From contig OZ218951.1 in NCBI GenBank assembly GCA_965112735.1, forward strand, positions 5,332,001 to 5,396,000: DNA of 64,000 bases, given 5' to 3'. Of this stretch, positions 50,501-61,500 are shown piece after piece. The stretch comes from Phaeosaccion multiseriatum (Eukaryota; Protista; Ochrophyta, other classes). Made by a program: the position numbers and the translations under genes. The notes under the pieces were generated by a model. That model searched no databases. It worked only from the letters and a program-made list of their open reading frames with translations, and was not told the origin of the DNA. Numbering within the stretch: the stretch's first letter is position 1; the number at the start of each line of letters is the position of its first letter.

Positions 50501-53489
50501 CGACACCGTGTGCTGGGGCCAGAACACGAGGTAAGACCTGTGTACGCCCTTACGTACGGGTATGTACGGAAGTGCCGTGCCATCCCAAACCCCAGTCTGC
50601 TACCACACGCACTTCACTTCCTCTCCTTCATTCTCCGGGCGCAAAGGCCTTTCCTTGCCGGTTACAGTTAGTGGTGGTGCTTGGATTAGTCTCAAAGGAG
50701 CAGCCTGTCCCCTCGCTACCACCACCACCTTGTTCTGCCTCCCACCCCTTCTCTCCCCCCCCTGCCCCCCCTCCCTGCTCCCCCTCCCTTTGCCCACTCG
50801 CAGTGGCGAGTGCGGCCGTGGCGACACCACTCAACTCGTAGGCTCAGCAGCGGAGGACTTTCCTTTGGTGGCCATGGTCCTCACCACCCCCACTCCTGCC
50901 CCGACCTTAGCACCAACCGCTGCACCGACATCCCTTCCAACCCAGGCTCTGACCCTCCCCCCTACGGCTGCTCCAACGGCTGCTCCGACTGCCGCTCCGA
51001 CAGCCGCTCCAACGGCCGCGCCGACGGCCGCTCCAACAGCCGCTCCGACAGCATCTCCGACGGCCGCTCCGACTGCCGCGCCGACGGCCGCTCCAACAGC
51101 CGCTCCGACGGCGGCTCCGACGGCATCTCCGACTGCCGCTCCGACTGCCGCTCCAACAGCAGCTCCGACGACGGCTCCGACGGCATCTCCGACGGCCGCT
51201 CCGACTGCCACGCCGACGGCCGCTCCAACAGCCGCTCCAACAGCCGCTCCGACGGCGGCTCCGACGGCATCTCCGACTGCAGCTCCGACAAAAGCTCCAA
51301 CAGCAGCTCCAACGGCAGCTCCAACACCAGCACCAACGACATCAGCACCAACAGCGGCACCAACAGCCACACCAACAGCGGCACCAACAGCCACACCAAC
51401 ATCAGCACCAACAGCCACACCATCATCAGCACCAACAGCCGCACCAACAGCCACACCAACATCAGCACCAACAGCCGCACCAACAGCCACACCAACATCA
51501 ACACCAACAGCGGCACCAACAGCCACACCAACATCAGCACCAACAGCGGCACCAACAGCCACACCAACATCAGCACCAACAGCGGCACCAACAGCCACAC
51601 CAACAGCCACACCAACAGCCACGCCAACATCAGCACCAGCAGCCGCACCAACAGCCACACCAACATCAGCACCAACAGCCGCACCAACAGCCACACCAAC
51701 ATCAGCACCAACAGCGGCACCAACAGCCACACCAACAGCGGTACCAACAGCCACACCAACATCAGCACCAACAGCCGCACCAACAGCCACACCAACATCA
51801 GCACCAACAGCCGCACCAACAGCACCGTTTACCACACTCTCAACTGCTGCACCCTCTGAGGCTCCAACACCATCGTTTACTTCTTTCCCGAGATCGGTAC
51901 CCGCAGCAGCATTCACGGCTCTTCCGACTGCTTCACCGACGGCCTCACCCACAGCCTCACTTTCAACACCAGCATTCACGCTATTCCCGATCACCTCACC
52001 AACAGCAGCACCAACCACGATGCCAACAGCTCTATTCACCGCTCTGCCGACCTCCGCACCCACAGCGGTCTTCACGGATTTTCCGTCCGCATCGTCAACA
52101 GCAGCACCAGTAGTATCGTTCACGGCTTTCCCGACCTCGGCCGCCACCGCAGCGCCAACGTTGACCGATGTCCCAACCGCCGCACCAACCGCTTCACCCA
52201 TGCCGGCACCTACACCAGCACCGACGGACTCACCCACAGCCTCTCCTACAGCATCGTTCACGGATATCCCCCTCTCGGCCGTCTCAACAGCACCAGTGTT
52301 TACGACTTTTACGACGGCAACACCGACATCAGCACCCACGTTCGCCACTTTCTCGACCGAAGCACCAGCCGCGTCCGACACGTCCTTGACATCAATCCTG
52401 GTGGGGCCCACGGAAGCTTTCACGGCCTCCCCTACCGAGGCTCCCCTGAGCACCCTGCCTCCAGGACCAGCGCCGACAGCATCGACAGTAGCGCCCACGG
52501 CTCCAACAAGCACCACCCAGGCACCCACTTCGGCCCCAGCGCTCGCACTCGCTCCAACATCGACAGCGGTAGGTGATGATGTTGGTGGTTTGGGGCACGA
52601 GGGTACCATGGTTTGGCTGGCTGCTGACCAAAGTAGCGGAGTCGCGCCTTTGTTATTTGTACGAATTGCAAGCATTGGGGTGGTGGATGGCTGGCCTACT
52701 GTCACGAGTAAATCCGTCCTGTCCTGCCTGCCAGCCATGGCTATCCATGGCCATCCATTCGTCCATTCGATGGACAAATAGAACTGTCCTTCCTCCTGCG
52801 TAGGCGCGCTTCCACCTGACCATTTTCCACTTCCTCTCTTACCCTGTTCCTCCCTCCGGTGGCTCTTCCTCCTTCAACCCACCCACTCTTCCTCTCCATC
52901 ATCATCACCACCACTGCCACCGACCCACCCACCCTCCCTCCCTCCCTCCTCTGGCAACTCCCCTTCCTCGTCCCATCCCCACCCCATCACTTTGCCCCAG
53001 GCACCATCATCGGCAACGCCCACCGCAACCCCAACATCATCCTCATCATCACCATCCTCCTCTCCCACGGCGTCTCCATCGCCACCTCCCATCACCGCTT
53101 CGCCCTCAGCCGCCCCTACAACCGTCGCGTCAACGGCCGCACCTACACCCACACCAACAACTACAACATTACCTTCCACACCCACACCACCTACAACATC
53201 AGTGGCTCCAACGCTCGCCCCCACACCCACAACCACCGAGGTTTCCGTGGCTCCGGACGGCGACGGCACCCTCTCCCCCACGCCCGGGCCCACGCCCGGG
53301 GGCGGGCTCCGAGCTTCTGCGGAGGTGATGAATGACGAATCCGAGTCCTCCAGCAGTATCTCGGCCGGGGCTATTGGTGGTATCGTCGCCGCCAGTGGGA
53401 TGCTTGTTGGTGTGATGGGCGCTGTGGCGACCAAGAGACGCCTGGCGACAGCGAGGGAGGCGAGAGAACCAATGATGGTGGTGGGCTGA
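45553..53489 (+). CDS. Type I surface protein: signal peptide, 7 RCC1/BLIP-II-like repeats, PT (APTA) mucin-like stalk, TM helix, short tail
   Basis: Signal MHPTIAVAAAACLLPAGAHA. Seven blade motifs: CVGSGHYGALG, CWGNNDYGELG, CWGSNDQGQLG, CWGDNTYGQCG, CWGLNSSGQLG, CWGEGAWGEVG, CWGQNTSGECG, with MGDNL..VDLGTGRTA-type linkers. Thr/Ala/Pro stalk 50880-52569 and 53001-53300; TM GAIGGIVAASGMLVGVMGAVA followed by TKRR. Confidence 0.88.
50960..51825 (+). repeat. Coding 12-bp tandem repeat (APTA/ATPT/SAPT)
   Basis: gctccgacggcc-type block followed by gcaccaacagcc-type block. Confidence 0.95.
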
Positions 53490-53879
53490 GAAGCTGACGA
53501 GAGTCGAATCTATTGCCTGCCGGCAACCACGTATTTGCCATTTTATGAATCTTGTCGCTTTCTCCGAAGTGGTGTATTCGTTTGTTTTTTCGTCAGTTGG
53601 TTGTTCATCGGGGGGAGATTGTAGTACAGTAGTATGTAGTAGTAAAAATATGTGAGGGAGGTCGGTGTGGAAGTGGAGTGTGGAGAGCTCGAGAAAGGAA
53701 CGAACGAAGGAAGAATACGAGGATGCAGTAGTAGGTCCCGTAAGAAGAACGCACAGTACATAAGGACCTGATTTCATGACCGATTTCAAGCCACCTTGCA
53801 CTCCATATCCCCTCCTTCGCTCGTGGTCTCTCACGGCACTTCCTTGGCAGTCTCCTGCAACGCTTCGGGGCGAATCCCC

Positions 53880-54540
53880 CGCTGCAACGGGCCTCCGTGC
53901 TACTGACTGCGCCCCTCCTTCGGCCAGCAGACGCGATCGCCACACGGCCCTTCTGAGCCGCCACATGGAGGGGAGCAAGCCCATCGGCAGCCAACATGTC
54001 CACTTTGGCCTCTGCCGAGAGCATTGTCTCCACCACTTGAGAGTGGCCTTCTTGAGAAGCGGGAATAGTAGCTAGAGGCGACGCGCCGATCGTGCCGCCC
54101 ACCACTGCATCGATACGTGCGCCAGCCGTAAGCAGAGCTCTCACTGTCGACGAGGAATGTCCCTTTAATGCGCCCAAGTGCAGCGCAGTCATCCCTCTTT
54201 CATCACAGCTGCTGTGGATATCAGCTCCAGCAGCGAGAAGCTGCCGAACGATGGCGACCGACGTGACACCCTACTAAAGAAGCCCTGTGCAGAGGCGTTT
54301 GTCCATAGTGCTTCTGCAGAGAGCAGTTGCTGGACGATTTGCTCCCTCCCCGCCGTAAGACCGGCAAAGGCCAGGGGCGTGTCACCATCCGGTCCCCTTC
54401 TTTGAGCAGCAGCATACCAACAACGTCGCTTCTCATGCAACTATCGCGAGGCACATGGGAGTAAATTCTTCTTCACCAATGGGCTTCTCGATACAGCCCC
54501 TCTTCCCTCCGTGCTCGGCGACGAATGCCCTCACAGCGGC
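53880..54540 (-). pseudogene. Degenerate intronless ankyrin-repeat pseudogene
   Basis: GDTPLAFA…GREQIVQQLLSAEA, GMTALHLGALKGHSSSTVRALLTAGA, ASQEGHSQVVETML and DGLAPLHVAAQKG lie in different reading frames with stops and no introns. Confidence 0.7.
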
Positions 54541-54624
54541 TCGAACCTTCCCGAGATTTCGCTGGTTCTTGAAAGCGAAGAGGAGTCGTTTTGCCTGCGG
54601 CGAGCAGCATAGCGGGCTAAGAGC

Positions 54625-54740
54625 GAGAGTAGAGCGAGAGCAGAGCGAGAGAGAGAGGAGAGCGAGAGCAGAGCGAGAGCAGAGCGAGAGCAGAGCGAGA
54701 GCAGAGCGAGAGCAGAGCGAGAGCAGAGCGAGAGCAGAAT
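54625..54740 (+). repeat. 11-bp tandem repeat (AGAGCGAGAGC)n
   Basis: Visible directly in the sequence. Confidence 0.85.
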
Positions 54741-55137
54741 GAGAGTGAGAGAGTCATGAAGGAGGGGGCGCTATAGAGGCAGATGAGTTCGGCAAAGCGC
54801 CGAGGCGAGTGGCAGCGAACCCTCAGGCTCAGGTATGTATATATGTTGGCCGGGGGGGTGGTTATGGGCTCTTCAGTTTACTCCAGCTGCTCACTTGCCA
54901 CATACATATTTCGATAGTTGCCGCTCCCACTCTAGTGCTAAGAGCAAGCTCTTTCTCTCTCTCTCTCTCCTACAATCTGCTGTTGCTGCCGCCCGCCCCC
55001 TGTGCTCGCTCCGGCTGCTCCTTCTCCCGCTTCTTCCTGCTCCCTCTTAGGCCTCCTCCTCCTGCTGCTGCTACAGCTGCTGCTGTTGCCCAGGGGAGTT
55101 GGCCAATTTATTCCCCGCCTAACTAGTACTTCTACTC

Positions 55138-57095
55138 CTACTCCTCCCCCCCCTTGCTGTCCTCCACCACAACCATACACTCCGCGGCTTCCTTCGCACT
55201 CAGCTCTCCACAGTCCAAGACCTTACACTCCTTGATGGGCCTCTGATTCAACATGGGCACCGCCGACATTTCCCGAAACACCTCCATCCCCGACAGAACC
55301 CGGCCAAACGCCACTGCCCGGTTATTCATCCACTCCGCGGGGCTGAGCGTTACAAAAAACTGAGAGGCGTTACTATGTGCCCCGTCTTGGGCCATTGCCA
55401 ACACCCCGTGTGTGTCCAGAGGCACAGAGAAGGTCTCGTCCGCAAAGCTACCTCCAAACACGGACTCCCCTCCGTCGCCCGCCCCGCTGACAATGTCCCC
55501 TCCTTGCACCCACCCACCGGGCACTACGCGATGGAAGGGACTGCCACGATAGCATAACCGCACGCCCGCCTCGGTCTTGCCTACATTGGATAGGGGACAT
55601 GCAGGAGCGGTTTGAGCAGGCGGTATGCAGCGCGTCGGCAAGGGCTGTGGGGGTGGCGGGGGAGCAAGTGAGCAAAGATTGGGGAGGGGACGCCTAAGAA
55701 ACCATGAGCAGGTCTATCGTCTATCCATCAGGTGCCCAAGCCTCCTCTCTTCTCCCGTCATGTGCTCTTCCCCCAGCCCGCTGTACGGTAGTAATGATTC
55801 TCCATACATGAGATTCTGACCCCTTATTTCTGCCCTTCCCTCCCATCCTCTCCCCTCCCCTCCCCTCCTCTCCCCTCCCGTCCCCTCCTGTACCCTCCTC
55901 TCCCCTTCCCTCCCCTCCCCTTCCCTCCCCTCCCCTCCCCTCCCCTCCCCTCCCCTCCCCTCCTCTCCACTCCCCTCCTCTCCCCTCTCCTCCCCTCTCC
56001 TCTCCTCCCTTCCCCTCTCCTCCCTTCCCCTCTCCTCCCTTTCCCTCCCCTCCCCTCCCCTCCCCTCCCCTCTCCCAACGTACCTTTTTCTCCTGTGCAG
56101 AGGGCGTGGAAATTTTCGCACGTCTTGGGACAAGTGTCATTAAACAGCTCAAACACAACCCTGGCAGGCGCGGGTCTCTTGCCTGCTGCCGATGCCGCCG
56201 CTGCTGCCGCTGTGATGACCCCCCCCAGACCTACATCCATATAGACGAGCTGATTACCCGAGTCTTCGAATGTGCTCACCAGCTCGCGTTGAGCTACCTC
56301 CTTGTAGTCCACGCTCTCGCCCTCGCTGCCGTATGTGAATTTATACTTGGACAGAGCAAGGGCTTTGAGCTCGTCAACGCCCCCAATGAGCGTGGTCGGG
56401 CCCGACGTTGACTCGAGTAGAACGACGTACGGCAGAGAGTGCTGCGAATGGAGATCGAGGAGGGGGGGGACACAAGGACAAAGCAGTGAGGACAAACAGT
56501 GAGTTGACTTCGTGAGCTGTTGCTTTGCTTGGCCGACCACATCCGAAAGACGAACACTCGGAGTGCACAGAGGTATACTCCGCGGGTGGCATAAGAACCG
56601 TTATGGTACTTTCTCTGCTGGCTGCAAATTTCATGCTTTCTCCCCTTCTCTCTTGAAGGGAGTCCATACCCACGAAAAAAAAGTGGCGACTTGGCTTCTC
56701 CCAAACGCACAGCAGGATCCCTCTTAAGAGCTCGCTACCTATGAAGCTGCAGTAAGCTGATTGTAGACGAAGCTGTCATCAAAAGCCTCCTTTCTGTGAC
56801 CTTTGAACTTAGGCCACCGCCCGGTCCTCAGACTCTCTGCAGCCCCTACTTTCCCAACCCACTTCCAACTCGCTCAATCTATCGCCCCCATCAAGGGACG
56901 GACCTTGTGCATAGGCCCTCCAAGCTGCTCCTTCTTCTGCACCACAAAGGTCTCCCACTCGGACTCAAACAGAGCCGAGCTCTCGCACGGGGGAGTGTTG
57001 TGCCCCTCCGAGAGAGCCTCCCCCAGGGCACAGCAGCGATGAAACTCCGGTGCACCCACACATCCGGTGATGGTGATCACTGTTGAAGGAGGCAT
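55138..57095 (-). CDS. PPIL6: PPIL6/radial-spoke protein 12-like cyclophilin (exons ~57095-56904, 56442-56083, 55581-55138)
   Basis: N-terminal extension (ITITGCVGAPEFHRC…FESEWETFV), then FELFNDTCPKTCENFHALCTGEK, FHRVVPGGWVQGGDI, SNASQFFVTL, AVAFGRV. The GWVQGGD variant and loss of the CypA H126-equivalent are typical of PPIL6. Confidence 0.8.
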
Positions 57096-57379
57096 GGCCT
57101 TTCAACTGGGAATTACAGGCCTTTGAACAAACAAGTGTTTTCTTGTCGAGTCCGGCGGCGGCGGGTAACGTCTCAAGCTACTTCTCAGTTTCAGTTCAAT
57201 GAAATACTCAGCGGCCTTGGAGGTGAGGGTGGGGGTGGGGGGTATAGAGGGGAAAGGAGTGTCTGGTAAAATTGAAATTTCCTTCCTTCCTTTTAGCCTT
57301 TTGTAGCTTCTCAACTAACAACACTGCAGCGGGTGTACTGTCTCCCCTTCCCCCTTCCCTCCCCGTGTGGAGCGAAAAG

Positions 57380-57439
<60 letters not shown>

Positions 57440-57473
57440 CTCCGGCTACTCTTTCTCTCTTATTCCTCTGCCT

Positions 57474-58741
57474 CTACCCCAAAACCCACAGCACCGGCTT
57501 CAACGCGTCCAGCCCCTGGCCTGTCTTGAAGTAATACACAGCCAACGCCAGCAGAGCGGCGACGCCCCAAATCCGGCGGGTGGTGGCGTTGGCCTGGGCC
57601 ATGATTTCGCTGTAGCGCAGCTCGTGCAGTTGGACATTCATAAAGATCTGAGTGAGGGGGGGGGGGGGAGACAGCAGTTGGGTGATACAGCAGCAGTTGG
57701 TGATACAGCAGAAGCAATGGCGTTGAGGGAGAGGGCCCGACGAGAGGGGTGGGCAGGGGCAGGCCAAGAAAGAGGGATGTGTACCACCAACAGCCCCACA
57801 TCCCAGCATTCGAAACACAGCAGACAGCCTCCATATACACTGGAGAGTGATACTTCAGACTTCAGAGCTATCGTATAGGTTACACTTCTAAAACCTTTCT
57901 TCACGTCAACTTTTAAGCTATTGAAAAGTGGTCTCGCGTCAAGCCATTGATACTAAGAAGCAGCCCCCCCCCCCCCCGGCCTTGACATACCTGGCGCGTG
58001 AAGAATGTGGGCAGGAGCTTGTTCAGCAAGAAGCGTAAGGTGACGTTGACTGCCCACAGTCTTTTGCGGAAGGTGTCCTGGAATGGGGGTGAGGGTGGTA
58101 TTGTGTGCACAACAAGCAAGCAAGCAAACAAACAAACAAACGAAGACGAAACCGTGAGTGAAAAGAAAGAAGACAGCTACACTCACACTCACACTCACAC
58201 TCGAGTCTGTAAGGGGGAGACCAACACCATCCTTCCAATCGCCTTCCCTTCCCTTCCCTTATCACGCTCCTGTTCATCTACACACAGTTGTTGCAAAAAA
58301 GAGCAAGTGAGGCTAAACAGAGCCGCGCAAGGGTGGGAATGATATGTATACATACATATATATACATGACTCCCTCCCTTCCACATTATTATTATATATA
58401 CTGTCTGGCTTACATGTGAGTACTGCCAGGGATAGCCCAATTGCATCATCTTGGGGCGGTAGGGGAGGGCAAGGCGGGGGTGGGGTGGAGTATGGCAGGG
58501 TGGGTAGGCACAACGGGGGGGAGGGGGTCAGAGATGGTGGGGGAAGGGGAGGAGGGGGGCCAGGTTGAGGCAAAAGAGAGAGGGTCGTCTCTTGTGTGTT
58601 TTACAGGAGAGGCGAAAGAGAGAGGGAGAGGGGGAGGGGGAGGGAATAAGAGATCAGAGAGAGAGAGGGAATAAGAGAGCAACATCGAGACAGGGAGAGA
58701 TTGAGATACAGAGACGTAAGGAGAGATACATGCACAAACAC

Positions 58742-58778
<37 letters not shown>

Positions 58779-59986
58779 GCGAGAGATGGGAGAGAGAAGA
58801 GAGAGTAACTACAGGGATCGACGCCTCAGCGGCTTGTTCAACATCACACACTTCTTCCCTCCTGCGTGAGATGGTGTAGCAGAGGGGGAGAGGTACCGAA
58901 GCTGAACTGACATAACCAATTCCGCAGCTGAACTGACACACAAATTCCGAGTCGAATCGTACCCTTGCGAGGGCCTGCGAGTCTTCCCCCCTGTCCTTCT
59001 CGTAGTTGGGTAGGAAGGTACCCATTTCGTCGCTGCTCTCTTGCATCTTGGAGTCGAGCACAACGATGTCTTCCAATGCGCTGAAAAGGGCCGGGGATGG
59101 CAGTGGATGGCGAGGGGCAGAGGAGATGGGGGTGGGAGAAGGAGGGGTGCTTACCTTACAGACATGAGAGGAAGGTATGTGGTGGAGCGGAGACCAGCGC
59201 CGTGCCGCTCTCACTCTATCTCACCTGTTCACTCCTTGGCCTGCGAGGGGACGGGCAAGGCAAGAAGAAGCAGAGGTGAGCATATAGAACAAAGGTACGC
59301 TTCGATAAAAGCTTGAGCTCACTCTTCGCTACATATATGCGCGCGCATGTGTGTGCGTGTGTGGGTGTGCGTGTGCGTGTGTGCGTGTGCGTGTGCGTGT
59401 GTGTGTGCGTGCGTGTGTGTTTGTGCGTGCGTGCAGGTGGGGTCGGCGGGTGCGTGAGAGTGGATGGCAGTGGATGGTGCTGGGTGGCAGTGAGTGCGTG
59501 GCGTGCGCGTATGCGTGAGTGTGTGTGGTGTGTGGATGTGGGTGCGTGTGTGCGTGTACGCGCGTCTGTGTGTGAGAGAGAGAGCGAGCGAGAGCGGGTG
59601 GCGTCTGTGCAGAAAGAAAAAGTGTCCCTCCCTGATGCTCATGCTCATGCTCAGCCAACGAACGAACTGCCCCACACACTACCTCACACGTGTACCTCAC
59701 CTAAGTCTGGCGGAAACGCGTGGATTGCGTCCCCCACGAGCACCACCCCGCTGCTCCTCCTCGTGCCACCCCCACCCGCAGCAGCTCCCTCCATCTCTCC
59801 CTCCCCCTCCCCCCCCACGAGGAAGGTCATCCCCTTGCAGTACTGGGGCTTCACGAAGCGTCCTCCGTCGCTACTGGCGAAGGCTTCTGCTTCCTCCTTG
59901 CTGATGAGCTTGTCAACGTCCACGTGGGGGAGAGCGTCCTTGAAGAAGGCCAACACCTGGACTCGAAAGTTCACCCATACACACGT

Positions 59987-60035
<49 letters not shown>

Positions 60036-61312
60036 TCGCAGGGCAGAAAGGATCGTCGAGTAGGACCAGCAGGGGAAGGAGGATGCGGAGCAGAGAGAGA
60101 GGGAGAGTGAGGGGGGGGGGGACATGGGGCAGAGATGCAGAGCAACAGAAGGTGGAGAGGAAGGGAGGGAGAGAGAGAGAGAGGGAGGGAGGGAGGGAGG
60201 GAGGGAGGGAGGGAGGGAGGGAGGGAGGGAGGGAGGGAGGGAGGGAGAGAGGGGGGAGAGAGGGAGGGAGGGAGGGAGGGAGGGAGGGAGGGAGGGAGGG
60301 AGGAAGGAAGGGAGGGGGGAGAGAGGGAGGGAGGGAGGGAGGGAGGGAGGGACAGAGAGAGAGGGAGGGAGGGAGGGAGGGAGGGAGGGAGGGAGGGAGG
60401 GAGGGAGGGAGGGAGGGAGGGAGGGAGGGAGGGAGGGAGGCAGAGAGGGGGGGGGGGGCAAGCACGGACACACGGACACACGGACACACGGACGCACGCA
60501 CCTCCTCGCCGGTCTTGAGCGTCCACACATCGTGGTCGGGCTTTGCGATGAAATTCGCCGTGCGGGGCGCGAGTGGGTCTCTGAGGGGGAGCAAGCCCAA
60601 TCGGACTCGCTTCTTATCATCCGTGTTCGTGCCCACCAATACGTAAGCTTTCGTACTCACAGCGAGGGCCTGTGGGGGGTGGGAGGATGAGGTGGAGTGG
60701 GGGGTGGAGTGGGGGATGGCAGTGGGTGGGAATGAGGTGGGGTGAGCTGGATGGACCTGACACGCACCCCCAGTAGCTAGCTCATGCACTCATTCATTCA
60801 TGCAGAGACAAATGAAGAGACGGGAGGGGTCAAGCGGGGGAGAGAGGGAGAGAGGGAGGGAAGGAAGGAAGGAAGGAAGGAAGGAAGGAAGGAAGGAAGG
60901 AAGGAAGGCCAAGATTCCATCGGAGGGTGGAAGACGGCCCCTTGCTATCGCAGGAGGTAAAGACGGTCGCCTTCTTATCCCCTTCTCTTACTCCTCCTCA
61001 TCCCCTTCCCCTCCTGCCCCTCCATTGCCCGTTACGCCCTTCCCTCTTTTGCTTTCTTCCTCACCTCTCCAGTGAAATCCAACGGGAAGGCCGGCGGCAG
61101 CGACAACACCTTGTACCTCAGGCCTGCCGACCCCGAGTTGAGCTTCTTGATACTAAACCTGTTGCTCTTGTTGCTTTTCTTGCTTGCCGAGGAGTCCGAT
61201 GCTTCCCACTGCTCGAGCTGCGCACGCACGCTCGACTGATACCCGTCAGCGCCAACAAGCAGGCAAGGGGTGTAGGACTTCTCGTTGCGGTGCTGCCACG
61301 AGTCGGTGTCTA
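57474..61312 (-). CDS. FAD-dependent monooxygenase (kynurenine 3-monooxygenase-like, group A), 5' exons outside the window
   Basis: DG motif LLVGADGYQSSVR; GD motif VLVGDAIHAFPPDL|GQGVNS|ALEDIVVL; QLGYPWQY; C-terminal hydrophobic anchor IWGVAALLALAVYYF. Confidence 0.87.
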
Positions 61313-61500
61313 GCGTAACGGTCGTCGCCAGGCATGGGTAGAGGGAGGGAGGGAGAAAGCAATACGGAGCCGCAATCGGAGGGAGAAGGGGCGGGGCGGT
61401 GGGGGGGGGGGGGTGGAGGAGGGAGGCAGAGGCGGTTTGGTTGTTCGTCACGCAGCACACGGGTGGTGTAGAGAGCAGATCAGAGGCGAGAAGACAAAGA

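Noticed and set aside
50831-52777. 648-aa minus-strand ORF (VGAAVGA…)
   Set aside because: Antisense shadow of the PT-repeat exon.
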